Positions 12,901-25,762 of a stretch of 64,000 nucleotides of DNA are shown in pieces; the first letter of the stretch is position 1; each line of letters begins with the position of its first letter. The notes under the pieces are model-generated. The model ran no database searches. It had not been told where the DNA came from and saw only the letters and a list, made by a program, of their open reading frames with translations. Made by a program: the position numbers and the translations under genes. This stretch comes from Callorhinchus milii (Eukaryota): contig NW_024704742.1 of the NCBI RefSeq assembly GCF_018977255.1, positions 29,514,001-29,578,000 on the forward strand, in the 5' to 3' direction.

Positions 12901-15900
12901 ATCCTCGACACATCTCACAATAGTTCATCTTGACAAGCAATGTTCTCGAACTGTTTTTTCTTGTCTGGGCATAAAATTGAGGCAGAGTCAACCATACATT
13001 CTTTTATAAATTCTCCTTCAGAGAATGGTTTGCTGTTCTTGGTGATTTTGTAGGCAATCTCGTAACTCACTCTTGCAATCTCATCCTGGGACACAAATTG
13101 TTTTGTGAAAATGCCTAGCTCTTTTTCCATTCGAACAACCAGCTTTCTTTTTTCTTCGGCAGAAACATATTTGCTCTCAAAATGGCAATTCAAGTTGTAG
13201 TCTTTGAGCACTGCCACACTTTTTTTTTACAAATTAAGCACACAGCTTTTCCACCCACACTGTTAAAATAAATATTTAGAAGTCCATTCTTTGTTGAATA
13301 TCCGGCCTGTAGCTCAGTGGTTAGAGCACTCGCTTTGCAAGCGAGAGACCTGAGTTCAATTCCAGGTAGAGGGCGAAACCTTGGGCAAGTTTCCTTACTC
13401 CACACAGAGCCTAATAATAATCCCTCCAAAACCAAAAACAATAATAAATTGGTCATTTTCAATCTACGACTGTTTGTGGGACATTGCTGTGCGCAATTGG
13501 CTGCCGCGTTCGCCCACAAATATACAGTCAATTCACTTTACAGTGTGTTCTGTGAAGCGCTTTGGGACGTCCTCCCGACGTGAAAAGCGCTACATCAAAT
13601 GCAAGGATTATTATTATTATTATTATTCAGCGTCCACTTTCTGCTTCTTTGATAAACTCATTTCGAATTAACGTCCTCTTCTGCCGCCCTTGTTTGAAAA
13701 TTTGCCGATCCATACATTTCTAACGTCAGCCTGATTCAACACTTAAGGGAGGGTGCGCACAACTAAGCAATGTGATTGGCTAATGTTCCCAGTCAGATTT
13801 AAATGCGAAATTTGTGCGACTTTCTGGGACTGAATGAACTATAATTTTTTCTATTGCTAGACACAATGATGGGCCGGATAGAATCAATTGGCGGGCCGGA
13901 TATGGCCCGCGGGCCGTCTTTCGCCCACCCCTGGCCTAGAGTGTGAGTGACTCACCCACTCATAAGGTTAAAGTTTGAACCTTGGTCTGGTCAAGTTTGT
14001 TGATCTCATTCGGAGAGGCAAAATAAAAAGTGGCCTCAGTGTCACTGGCTAAAACTATCAGCTGGGATAAATGCAACAGACCTCCTTGCTGGAAAGGATA
14101 AGTGATTTACATACATTTACATTTAGACATTAAGAGAGAACAGGCCTAACTAACAGTGGCGGCTTGTCAGGTGACTGCCACACTTAGAATTTCGGGGGAG
14201 CGGGAACGAGGCAGTACCCGGGCAGGAGCGAGGCCAACAGGACAGAGACCAAGACACTACGCATGTGCGAAGGGTCCGTTACCATGGTATCAAGATAGCT
14301 TGGTTAGGCAAACTCAGATTGCCTCACCTGTCAAAAAATGTCACCAGCCGCCAGTGGTGACAATGCTTCTACAGTCAAATGCCCTGACTATACTCGCTGC
14401 CTAAGCTTACATATGAATAATGCCACCTGGGTGAGGCACCAGATGGTTGTTGAAGCCCATGGAATCACTGCCCTCCACAGGCTGGTTCATTCACAACTTG
14501 TACCTGTTCTTTTGTCAAAGAAATCACTGACAATTACTGATGAAGCACAATAGCTGTTCAGATCTATCGCAGTTCTCGGTATTGATGGGAATGGGGTAAC
14601 AGTAAACGCAAAGGCACAATAATGTGAAGCACTTTATCAGCATAAATTGATATTGCAACAAAACTCTACAGTACCTTTGAGAGATAAAAGAAAGGGCCGC
14701 TTTCCTTCTCAAACAAAATGCGTCCATTGTGGTACATTAACAATCCAAAGTCAAACAGTGGTCCTGGCACCTCCTTTCCGTTTACCTGTTGATTACAATC
14801 AACGCTTAGGCCATGCACTCACAACAACTAAACACAATTCAATCTTGTCTTAATAAAAAATTGTTTGCAAGCAATGAAAGTACCAGCATATTGTGTTCGA
14901 CCATGTTCCATGCTCTCGGTCTTAGCATTAAAATAGGTGCCTTTGAAATAGGTGGCACATCTGGAAACAGAACATTACAAAGACTATAATATTCTATAAT
15001 AGCATTTATACTATAATATAATTATAACATAACGTAATAGGCCTATATTCTCTAGAATATAGAAGAATTAGAGGTGATCTTATAGAAACCTTTAAGATTC
15101 TTAAGGGTCTGGACAGGATAGATAGTGTGAGACTGTTTCCCCGGTTGGAGAATCTAAAACTAGGGGTCATAGTTTCAGGATTAAAGGTCAGCCCTTTAGA
15201 ACAGAGTTGAGAAAACATTTCTTTACTCAGAGGATAGTGAATTTATGGAACTATCTACCCCAGAAGGCTGTGGATGTTCAGTCATTGAACATATTCAAGA
15301 CTGAGACAGATAGATTTTTATAATCTAAAGGGATTAAGGGATATGGGGATGGGGCAGCTAAATGGCATTAGGTTAGAAGATCAGCCATGATCTTATTAAA
15401 TGGCGGGGCGGGCTCGAGGGGCCGAATGGCCTACTCCTGCTCCTATTTCTTATGTTCTAAAGACATCAGTATTTGCAGGTACAAGGCAATCCTTGAGGTG
15501 CAAGCATACAGCAACATGTTTTGATTTCCCTTCGCAGAGTAATAATAATAATATTCCTTGCATTTTATATAGCGCCTTATCACATCATTGAGACATCTCA
15601 AAGCATTAAACAGAATATATTGTAAGTGGATTGACTGTGTATTTTGTGGGTGAAATAGTATCACTGAAGCTTGCTGTTTGACCAAAAGAGTGAAGAAGCC
15701 TACGATTACTATAAACTTGAATTATTAACTCTGGATGGTGATGGAGGGGAAGGAGGGGCAGGGTATTTTCCTCTTGTTGGTAAGTTTATGAACCTTTGGG
15801 AACACGGGTTATATTCCCTAGATCTGAGTAGGTTAAGGGGTAATCTGCTTGAAGTATTTACAGGAATGAAGGGAACTGACAAGCTGAACCAGGAGTGACT

Positions 15901-18900
15901 CTTCATTCTTCCAGAGTGATCCAAAATAAGAGGAGACAGGCTTCAAATTAGAGTTAAGACAGTCGGAAGTGAAATCAAAAAACATTTCTTCACCCAGGGG
16001 ATTGTGAGAAAGTGGAATGCACTGCTTCATAAGGCCATAGGTCCAGATTTGATTGGGATGTTTGAAAGCACTTAGAGGGTAGATTTACCAGGAGTTTTTT
16101 TTCAAAATATTTCTACCCCATTTTTTTCTGAAAAAAATAGATCCTATACCACCAAAAAATGCCTGTTTTTTTTTCATTTTGTGACTGAAAACAACTTAGA
16201 TGCTCAGCCTATATGCTGTGTGCTGATAATGGCAATGTAAGTGGACACCAAACTGCGTACTTTCTGAGCGAGGAGAAAACAATGGGTTTCAGTGTTGAAC
16301 AATGGAGCAGTCGTGCACATTGCTATGGATAAAAACACATGGTTTTGATTCTCCCACTTTTATAGGTTCCTGATGTGAGCTGTGCTGAGCGAAGACCAAG
16401 GCATCGCCCTGAGAAACAGCAAGTTGTGTCTGAGCCACACGTTGTACAGTACTTCAGAGCAGATGGCTGAAGAGAGTAATATCACCATTGACTTAGGAGC
16501 AGACAATACGCCACCCCACTGAGCAATAGAGATGGGCGGGCCAACCGATGGGAAAACAAGATATTGAAATAAATAAATGTTGGCTTGATAAGAGAATCAA
16601 AACGTAGCATTGGCCACATGAGACAACTCCTTATTCAGTGGTAGAACACATACTGGATGGATCTGCATGCTTTGTGCCCGAGATAGCGTTCTTAAAGAAA
16701 CAACCTGACATATATGAGAAGGCAGCACAAGTATAGATGTGCAAACAGCATTTATACAGAAAAAATAGGTTAAAGAGACTCTTACCTGGAAACTGGTTAT
16801 GAACTGCCTTGTAAATATTGAAGAGCCCTTGGATTTGATTAAAGTAAGTTGGACAGTGTCCGTCATCAAAATCAGTCTGTAATCATACAAAATAAACAAT
16901 CAGCCTTTTAGTTATTATTATTATTAATAATAATAAATCCTTGCATTTGATATAGTGCATTTTAATGTCGGTAAGACGTCCCAAAGTGTTTCACAGCATT
17001 TACTGTGAAGTGTAGAGACTGTGTATTTTGTAGGCAAACATTAAACTTTCAATAGAGCAGAAAAAAAGAGAATGAAAGAAAATACGACAGAGGTGACCCT
17101 TTCTCTATGTGTCACTTGCCTGTAATGCTTTATAATGTGGTGAAAGGGCAGGGTATTGGGATTAAAAGATCTAAAATCTAATAAACTGATGGAAAAGTCT
17201 CAATGGGCAGAATGGCTCCCCTTATTCCTGTTTTCCTATTTCCTTCTGTTCAAATAGAGATTGTGTGTTAGCAAAAACTATTGGATTGAAGTGTGTGTGA
17301 TATTTTTTAGTGAGTCACCAGAGAAACGTTTGATGTCCAGATTGACAGCAAGTGCTTTTTTTTAGCCATCCAAGATGCATCAAGAATTATATAATTTCTT
17401 GTATTTTGTATAGCACCAATCAAATTTAATCTCAAAATAATAATAATAATTCTTGATTTGATATAACGCCTTATCACATCTTTGAGTCATCTCAAAGCAC
17501 TTCACAGAATCTACTGTAAAGTGAATTGACTGTGTATTTTGTGGACAAAATGCAGCAGCCAACTGCGCACAGCAGCGCCCCACAAACAGTCGTGGATTGA
17601 GTGACCAAATTATAATAATTACTTTTTTTGAAGGAATTATTATTCCCGGAAAAGCGATCCCCCAATTGACTAACAACTGGGTTTCTAATTACTGCTAGGT
17701 AAACAGAGGCATGTGGAGTAAGAAAACTTGGCCAATGTTTTGTGCTGCCGTGAATCGAACCCAGCTCTCTCACTTGCAAGGTAAGTGCTCTAACCACTAA
17801 GCTACAGGACTCCACACATGTGCTGCACCAGGGAATTGCTGTCAAGTGTAGTGACTGTATATTTTGTTGACAGATGCAGCAGCCAAATTGGCACAGGAAG
17901 GTTGCCCAAACATGAAATGAAAGCTCAATTTATCTGGAGGATTGTTGGCCAGGAACCTGAGGAAAACTCCCAGCAACCAACACGCTAAAAAAAACACAAC
18001 TAATAAATCCACTGATTAATTTGTTGTTGTAATTGACCTGACCTGAATACCCTGAGCCGTAGATCTCAAAGCTTTGATGAAATGTTCAGTGTTGGTTGGA
18101 GACACATCGCCCAGATCCACATGTCTCTTCTGCAATCTCCGGGGAACCGGCTGTACTTTCCAGGATTGATCCTCTCGGATGTGTGAGGTATGGGGCAAAA
18201 ACTCTGGGAGACCACCATGACTATCCAGCTCCACCTTTCTAGCAATTCTCAACCTTAATATCTGCAAGATTCAATTGAGTGCTGAATTAGTGCACAAATG
18301 TACGTTAAGGACATTATTTGATGATTCAATGTGAAGCACTGACCTGAGTTATATAGACATGGGAGGGAGGAGGGAAGTTTCCAGGTTATTATTTCCAGTC
18401 TGCAATGATGTTTTCTTACAACCCCTCTAAAAATAATATAAACGATGAAGCACAGTGGGAGTTGCAGTAGATTATTATTACTAGTAATGATAATAATAAT
18501 CCTTGCATTTGGTATAGGGCCTTTCAAGTCAGGAGGACATCTCAAAGCACTTCACAGGATTTTACTGTGACTTAGAGTGACTGTCTATTTGTAGGTGAGC
18601 GAGGCAGACCAATATGTTCCATATATGTGTGATTGTACTAAACAATTGTTATTTGTTGCAGCCTAATTTACAAACTGATTGAAGTGTTGGGGAAAAATAT
18701 TTAGATTGATCACATTGTACCAGGTAAATATTGTGTCGAACTCTCTTTGTGAAATCTTGGTAGCCTTCTCTGATTTTACGAATCTTACCCCTCCACCCTC
18801 CCTTAGTTGGTGCAAATTGAACTATTTTGAACTGAGTATCTGAATCCAAAACATTTGCGTATTCTTGTCCCAGAATTTCTGTGCAGTTTTCAGTAAGGAT

Positions 18901-20531
18901 ACAATTGAGGAGCCCAAAGAGTCTGTCCAGGTTTGAAACACCAAATGTAGAAGGTGTAACTACAGTTGGTTCTAATATCAGGAAACCCAACTGTTTATCT
19001 AGACAAGCAAAGCTGAGATCTAACGAAGTGTTCAAGGGCCATCTCAGCATATTAGTCCCTAAACTAGGCTTTATCTGGTCTGCTTCACCACCACTGGAAA
19101 ACCACCTTGCAGATGGTATATTTTAAGGCATGGCCAAAATACAGAAAGAAGTCACAAGCCTGCAGTTTTTCCATGGCTGGTTGTAGAGTAAATGACAATT
19201 GGAGATGCCAGATGACCAGAGTCCACTGTACACAGTGAGTAATATTAACCTTTCTCTCCTCCAATGCACAAATACTCATCCATTTTTTTCCTACAACAAT
19301 AACAAATTTGTTTTTTGTTCAATAAACAAGCGCCCCCCCCAGACTGCTGGACTTCAGGATGCATGAATATGAACAAACATAATATAACACTGCATGTACT
19401 AGCCACAACAACAATAAGTTGCATTTACATCGCACCCTCCATGCCGGGTGGCATCCCAGAGCACTTAATGATGGTGGAGCCCGATTCCGAGCCAGGGGAG
19501 GGGGAAGGTGACCGTAGACACGGTCGAAAAGGAAAATCTTCAGGCGCAACCTGAAAATGGGGAAAGAGGGGATGGGACGAAGGGATTGAGGGAGGGAGTT
19601 TCATAGCTTTGGGGCGTAGTGGCTGAAGGCACGGACGCCGATGGTGGAGCAGAGGATTCGAGTGACGAGGAGGAGGCCGGAGCCAGTAGAGCGGAGGCAG
19701 CAGCTAGTGCTCTGAGGAGAGAGGAGGCAGGAGGGATAGGTGGGTGCTAAGACGTGGAAGGATTTAAGCACTTGAGCGAGGATCTTGAAGTTGATCCGCT
19801 CTGTGATGGGGAGCCAGTGGAGTTTGGCAAGGATTGGGGTAATCGGGCTGCGGAGTTTAGTGCGGGCGAGAATGCGGGCGGCGGAGTTTTGGATGAGTTG
19901 AATTTTGTGAATAGTGGAGGAGGGGAGACCAGCGAGGAGGGCGTTTGAGTAGTCCAGCCGAGAGGTGACGAAGGAGTGGACCAGGGTTTCGGAGGCTTGT
20001 GGAGTGAGGTATTGTCGGAGACGGGCAACGTGGCAGAGTAAAACGGTCCTGGTCAGGGACAGGATGTCGGGGAGTGTCAGTCACAGGAGTGTCTGTCTGA
20101 AGGAGTTAATCTTTAAACCATCTTGTTTACTGGCTGGTTAATAAATAATTATGACAACGTTAATCTTTCAGAGGAGGGCCGGGAGTTCAAGTGGTTACAT
20201 TTTCTGCACAAATTCAGAACTGTACAACATGACAGAGAATTATATGTTTTTTTTAACCAGTTGTTGCATAAACAAAGCTATTTTTAAATTGTGGTTGAAG
20301 GAAAACACGGGTTTGAATTTGGTAGCAAAAGGTCTGGTGTTTCATGCTGTTAATTTATTATTCAAACGTTTTGATTTGGAGAGTGGGTGAATTTACCTCA
20401 TCAATATCTGCATCAAAAGTAGAGACCAGGTCTGCGAGGAACTGCGTGGCCTCTGGTGTGAGAAGGGTTTGAAATGCCTCTTCCAGAGTTGGAGGAGGTG
20501 GCTCGAGCTCCACACCAGGTACTGTCTGCAT
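988..20531 (-). CDS. mlsl: Malate synthase (MS-A type), spliced, 3'-partial (continues below position 1)
   Basis: 12 GT-AG exons with consistent phases: 20531-20397, 18261-18043, 16876-16786, 14960-14884, 14785-14675, 11125-11066, 9591-9435, 8385-8187, 7295-7217, 5870-5778, 2999-2927, 1055-988 (454 codons, no stop). Motifs: [22 protein letters not shown] (catalytic Arg), [64 protein letters not shown] (catalytic Asp). The ATG at 20531 overlaps a possible acceptor, so an upstream exon cannot be excluded. Confidence 0.93.
2085..2465 (-). mobile_element. Old Deu-domain SINE copy (degraded)
   Basis: TTA tail plus L2-like terminus at ~2065-2130, then ggcatctttaacatccacc...ctcatc...cagcactgca core. 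Same element type at 27700-28125, 37680-37960 and 54700-54960. Confidence 0.55.
4360..5245 (+). mobile_element. L2-clade LINE 3' fragment
   Basis: Frameshifted RT C-terminus ([25 protein letters not shown]), conserved 3' stem-loop (cagcgccttgggacgtcctcccgacgtgaaaggcg) and (TTG)n tail. Confidence 0.85.
11787..13933 (-). mobile_element. hAT (Charlie/SPIN-like) DNA transposon, defective, in malate synthase intron
   Basis: TIRs CAGGAGTGGGCAA (11787) and revcomp CAGGGGTGGGCGA (13933); 8-bp TSD gcccagag/gcctagag (7/8). Transposase remnants run from ATG 13661 ([12 protein letters not shown]) to 12040, with [23 protein letters not shown] and [12 protein letters not shown] motifs. Frameshifts, a SINE insertion and an internal deletion. 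Confidence 0.92.
13306..13627 (+). mobile_element. tRNA-headed SINE inserted in the hAT transposase 5' end
   Basis: Head cctgtagctcagtggttagagcactcgctttgcaagcgagagacctgagttcaattcc (A/B boxes), core ttgtgggacattgctgtgcgcaattggctgccgcg, L2-like tail and (TTA)n. Confidence 0.9.
15035..15460 (+). mobile_element. CR1 LINE 3' end
   Basis: ...[17 protein letters not shown] coding remnant and 3' UTR gggccgaatggcctactcctgctcctatttcttatgttct. Antisense copy at ~28983-29210. Confidence 0.8.
17440..17814 (-). mobile_element. tRNA-headed SINE
   Basis: Reverse complement of the same head/core/TTA-tail SINE family. Confidence 0.8.
19405..20080 (-). mobile_element. L2 LINE 3' fragment (divergent subfamily)
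   Basis: Antisense [14 protein letters not shown] / QNSAARIL / LHWLP coding remnant and (TTG)n-like tail at ~19405. Confidence 0.75.
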
Positions 20532-22479
20532 TGGAACAGGGTTAGAGTTAGACGGATCCCATGAAAATCACCTGCAAAAAGCGATCAAAGTCTTCTGAGA
20601 GCAATGCTGTTGTTGCAAAGTAATTTTTTCTTTAATTCAACCCTTTTTTGAAAAAAACGTAACAGCGTTATTTGACAATCGCTTTAGCACAAAATCACCA
20701 CATGATTCGAATTAAGTTACGTGTTGGTGAGTCCCATACCATCAATGCCGTTGGGTTTATTGCAGGGAAGATTGCAGGGTTAAAAACATTCACAGTGGAT
20801 TATAAAAGTGTAAAGTCTAACATATTAGTCTGATGTTATTATTTTACAAGATGCAGCAAGAGATTTTTGGCTCACACACACACACACACACAAACACAAA
20901 ACAGAACCAGTTATCTAGAAATACTGTACAAAGCTTCTGGTTGTCTCAGTTAACAATCGCAATTCCATTTGAAGGTATACAAATAAATGATTTTCATACT
21001 TACAGTCAATTGCTGGAAAGTTGTTGTCATGTTGAGCACAGTTCTCTTGCCTGAGGATTGTGGTTTTGCTGAGTTAGGGTTTATATTTGCTACCCAAGTT
21101 TCATTTGACGCATTTCGCAATCAGTCACTGGGGCCAATGAACTCCCATTTCGATATGTTATCATCCTACCAGGACATGTTCAAATAAAAGGAATCGAAAA
21201 TTGAAAATGGAAGACACAGCAGGTTAAAGAAGCCACAACCTCAAGAGTTTCAAAAGCCTCCTTCACGAGTAAAGAATGGGACATTACTGTGAGCAAATTG
21301 GCCGCCACATTTGTCTAAAATACAATATGATGTTTTTAGCACCTTCCATATGGGGAGGACATCCCAAAGCACTTGACAATTCTGCCTGGGCACTGGAGCT
21401 GTGGGTGGGAGATGAGGGGGTGAGGAGGAGAAATTACAGTCTGCACTTTACTGTGGATCCTGTGAAACGTATTGAAACCTCTTGCTACATGAATGATGTC
21501 ACGTCAACTGCATTTGCTGTGTGCAATTGGCTGCCGCGTTTTGGCAACAAAATATACAGCTAATCTACTTTACAACATATCCTGTGAAGCGCTTTGAGAC
21601 GTCTTAACGATGTGATAAGGCTCTACACCAACTGCAAGGATTCTTAATATTAATAAGGCACTTGGACTAACGTGGGTAGGGCAATCTTCAGCATCGCTTC
21701 AATGTTTTCCACTCAGGGTATGAGGTACTTCCATTGTAACACCATTCTGCTGTCCCTCCGCCTCGCCCCATCCCTTGCCTCCTTCAAGACCCTCCTCTTC
21801 AACTGGGCCTTCAATCACCCTCCTTCCCCCTCTGCTCTCCACCCTTCCTGATCCTGATCCCAGCTCGGGCTCGAAACACTGATTGTCCAGCGCCTTGGGA
21901 CATCCTCCTGCCGTGTAAGACACAATACAAATGTAATTTTGCTGTTGTTGTATTTCCTTCCCAGTTGCTTCACCCCCTTCTGGGAAGATAGGGAAATGTC
22001 TGTAGTGAAACAGGGAGATTTCCAGTCTTCACTAACCTGTTGCTGAGTATCTTAGGACACTGAGGCAGTTTGATGGCAGGAATGCCTATTTGCCAAAGCC
22101 CCTCACACAAGGACTGGTTGTGGTGGCAGTGGAGGCAGTGGAGGAGTGTAAAGTTCAGAATGAGGATTGAACCTTCTCTTTGACCGAGCCTTCAGCTCCC
22201 CTCTCGACTCTCTACACCCCATCGCTCCCTCCCTTCCCTCCCCTCACCCTGACCATGTCCCCCTGCTCGGGTCCTGACCCAACTGTACAGCGCCTTGGGA
22301 TGTCCTCCCGATGTGAAAGGCGCTTTATAAATGGAATCTTGTTGTTGTTGTTGTTGAACCGTTGAGCAAACAGAGCCTTGGGTGTAAGAGGATCGAGGCT
22401 GCAAACCCTGGGTGAGCTGGAGCTTGGGGGTGCGGGAGAGTTTATTAGAGGGAATTCTCTCCCTTAATCCCTCCGCTTT

Positions 22480-22700
22480 GCCCCCTCCTCCATTTTCGGA
22501 TCATGCCTTAAGCGCTTCCCCTTTGACGTGTCTACGGTCACCTCGCACCCCCCCCACCCCATCCCCGCCCGGCTCGGCATCGCGTGCTCAAATAATAATA
22601 ATAATGATTTATTGTTAATAATTTAAAAAGATTAAAGGACCACGGGCTCAAATAGGAGCCGCGACAACTTCCGTGTGAGAAGTTTTTTTAAGAGAAAGGG
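22480..22700. promoter_or_regulatory. Candidate CpG-rich (possibly bidirectional) promoter between malate synthase and RAB33B
   Basis: Local CpG enrichment, GC box ccccgccc (~22563), ETS-type acttccg (~22666) and tgacgt half-site (~22524). Lies between two divergently oriented genes. No transcript evidence. Confidence 0.4.
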
Positions 22701-22736
22701 GGAAAAAAGAACAGGCCAACTCACTGTTAGCCCCTG

Positions 22737-23090
22737 ATGAACCCCCCCGCCCTCCTCCCCTGCCAGCCCCCCTCCCTGCCAGCCCCCCCCTGCCAGCCCT
22801 CCTCCCCTGCCAGACCCCCTCCATGCCAGACCCCCCTCTGCCAGACCCCCTCCCTGCCAGACCCCCCCCCTGCCAGACCCCCTCCATGCCAGACCCCCCC
22901 TCTGCCAGACCCCCCCCTGCCAGATCCCCTCCCTGCCAGACCCCCCCCCTGCCAGACCCCCTCCCTGCCAGCCCCCCTCCCTGCCAGCCCCCCTCCCTGC
23001 CAGACCCCCCCTCTGCCAGACCCCCTCCCTGCCAGACCCCCTCCCTGCCAGACCCCCACCCCTGCCAGCCCCCACCCCCCCGCCAGCCCT
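22737..23090 (+). repeat. C-rich minisatellite (~CCCCCTCCCTGCCAGA)n
   Basis: Directly visible tandem units with variable C-run length. Confidence 0.95.
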
Positions 23091-23327
23091 GTGCTGGGAG
23101 CTGATGTGCACATTGCTCAGGGGAGACTTTCCAGCAGCACCAGCCACAACAGGGAGGGCGATCAGTGCTGCTCTCACGATAGATTCCCTGCAGTTTATTG
23201 CCTTTTCTTAGTGGGTTTGGGTCTGAGTCTGACTGTGTTTATATCTGTGTGGCATTTGTGACTGGCGGGGGGGGGGGGGATAAGCCTTTTGAGAGGCAGG
23301 AGAGTGGACCGAGGGCAGATTGGTGGC

Positions 23328-24050
23328 CAGGGCAGGGCAGGGTGGACAGGGCAAGGCAGGGCAGGGCTGGCAAGGCAGGGCAGGGCAGGGCGGGCAGGGC
23401 AAGGCAGGCAGGGCGGGCAGGGCAAGGCAGGCAGGGTAGGGCAGGCTGGGCAGGGCAGGGCAGGGCAAGGCAGGCAGGGTAGGGCAGGCTGGGCAGGGCG
23501 GGCAGGGCAGGGCAAGGCAGGGTAAGGCAGGGCAGGGCAGGGCAGGGCAGGGCAAGGCAGGGTAGGGCAGGGCAGGGCGGGCAGGGCAAGGCAGGCAGGG
23601 TAGGGCAGGCTGGGCAGGGCAAGGCAAGGCAGGGCAGGGCAAGGCAAGGCAGGGCAGGGCAGGGCAGGGCAGGGCTGGCAAGGCAGGCGGCAGGGCGGGC
23701 AGGGCAAGGCAGGCAGGGCAGGGCAGGGCGGGCAGGGCAAGGTCGGGCAGGGCAAGGCAGGGCAGGGCAGGGCAAGGCAAGGCAAGGCAGGGCAGGGTGG
23801 GCAGGGCAAGGCAAGGCAGGGCGGGCAGGGCAGGGCAGGCAGGGCAGGGTGGGCAGGGCAAGGCAAGGCAGGGCGGGCAGGGCAGGGCAAGGCAGGGTAA
23901 GGCAGGGCAGGGCAGGGCAGGGCAGGGCAAGGCAGGGCGGCAGGGCAAGGCAGGCAGGGTAGGGCAGGCTGGGCAGGGCAGGGCAAGGCAAGGCAGGGCG
24001 GGCAGGGCAAGGCAAGGCAAGGCAGGGCAGGGCAGGCAGGGCAGGGTAGG
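23328..24050 (+). repeat. (GGGCA/AGGCA)n pentamer satellite
   Basis: About 720 bp of degenerate pentamers; source of the spurious PALPC-repeat ORFs. Confidence 0.95.
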
Positions 24051-24144
24051 GGGACTTTACCAAGGACGGTGAACCATTGCAGGGTTGTGGTTTAGTTGCT
24101 GAGCTCCGGCCTCCTCTCTGTTGCTCGGCCCTGGTCTGATCTGC

Positions 24145-24686
24145 AGGGGACAGGGGGACAGGCAGTGAGGGAGGGGGACAGGCAGTGAGGGAGGGGGACA
24201 GGCAGTGAGGGAGGGAGGGGGACAGGCAGTGAGGGAGGGGGACAGGCAGTGAGGGAGGGAGGGAGGGAGGGAGGGGGACAGGCAGTGAGGGAGGGGGACA
24301 GGCAGTGAGGGAGGGGACGGGCAGTGAGGGAGGGAGGAGGGGAGGGAGGGGGACGGGCAGTGAGGGAGGGAGGGGGACAGGCAGTGAGGGAGGGAGGAGG
24401 GAGGAGGCAGTGACGCAGGGAGGTCAGGCAGGGGAGGCAGAGAGAGAGGCAAGTAGGCCAGACAGGCAGTGAGGGAGGGGGACAGGCAGACAGGGCAGGG
24501 AGAGGAGGCGGGGAGGGGGGGGGGACAGGCAGACAGGGCAGGGAGGGGAGGGCAGGGAGGGGGACAGGCGGGGAGGGGAGGGCAGGGAGGGGAGGGCAGG
24601 GAGGGGGACAGGCAGGGAGGGAGGGAGGGCAGGACAGGCAGGGAGGGGAGGGCAGGGAGGGGGGAGGCGGGGAGGGAGGGGGAGGG
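24145..24686 (+). repeat. G-rich minisatellite (GGGGGACAGGCAGTGAGGGA)n decaying into G-runs up to the RAB33B ATG
   Basis: 20-bp unit with 4-bp GGGA indels, directly visible. Confidence 0.9.
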
Positions 24687-25725
24687 ATGGCCTCCGCTCC
24701 GCTGCCGCTCGGGCCGCCCCCGCGGTGTCGGATCCTGAAGATGATAGTGATCGGGGACTCGGGAGTCGGGAAGACTTGTCTCACATTCCGCTTCTGCGCC
24801 GGAAAATTCCCCAACAAAACCGAGGCCACGATCGGGGTGGATTTCCGTGAGAAAACAGTGGAGATCGACGGCGAGAAAATCAAGGTATAGCGGGTCATGT
24901 CTGTACCTCACACTCACACACATATACACACACACATACATACACACACACATACATAAACACACACACATACATAAACACACACACATACATACACACA
25001 TACACACACACATACACACACACATACACATACATACATACACATACATACACACACACACATACATACACACACACACACATACATACATACATACATA
25101 CACACATACATACATACACACACATACATACACATACATACACACACACATATATATACATACATATACATACATACACACATACATACATACACACACA
25201 TACATATACATACATACACACATACATACATACACACACACATACATACATATACATACACACACACACATACACACACACACACATACATACACACACA
25301 CATATACATACACACATACATACACACATACATATACATACATACACACACACATACACACACACATACATACACACACACATATACATACACACACACA
25401 CATACACACACACATACACACACACATAAACACACATACATACACACACATACATACACACACACATACACACACACACATACACACACACACACATATA
25501 CAAACACACACACACATACATACACACACACATACATACACATACACACACGCACAAACACACATACATACACACACACACATATACATACACACATACA
25601 TACACACCCACATACACATACATACACACACATATACATATATGCACACATATATATACACACACATACACACACGTACATATATACACATATATGTACA
25701 CACACATACACACACACACATATAT

Positions 25726-25762
<37 letters not shown>

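Noticed and set aside
12040..12918. 292-aa ORF as a domesticated GTF2IRD2/ZBED-like gene
   Set aside because: Lies inside TIRs/TSD, has upstream frameshifts and a SINE, and is internally deleted; it is a transposon relic.
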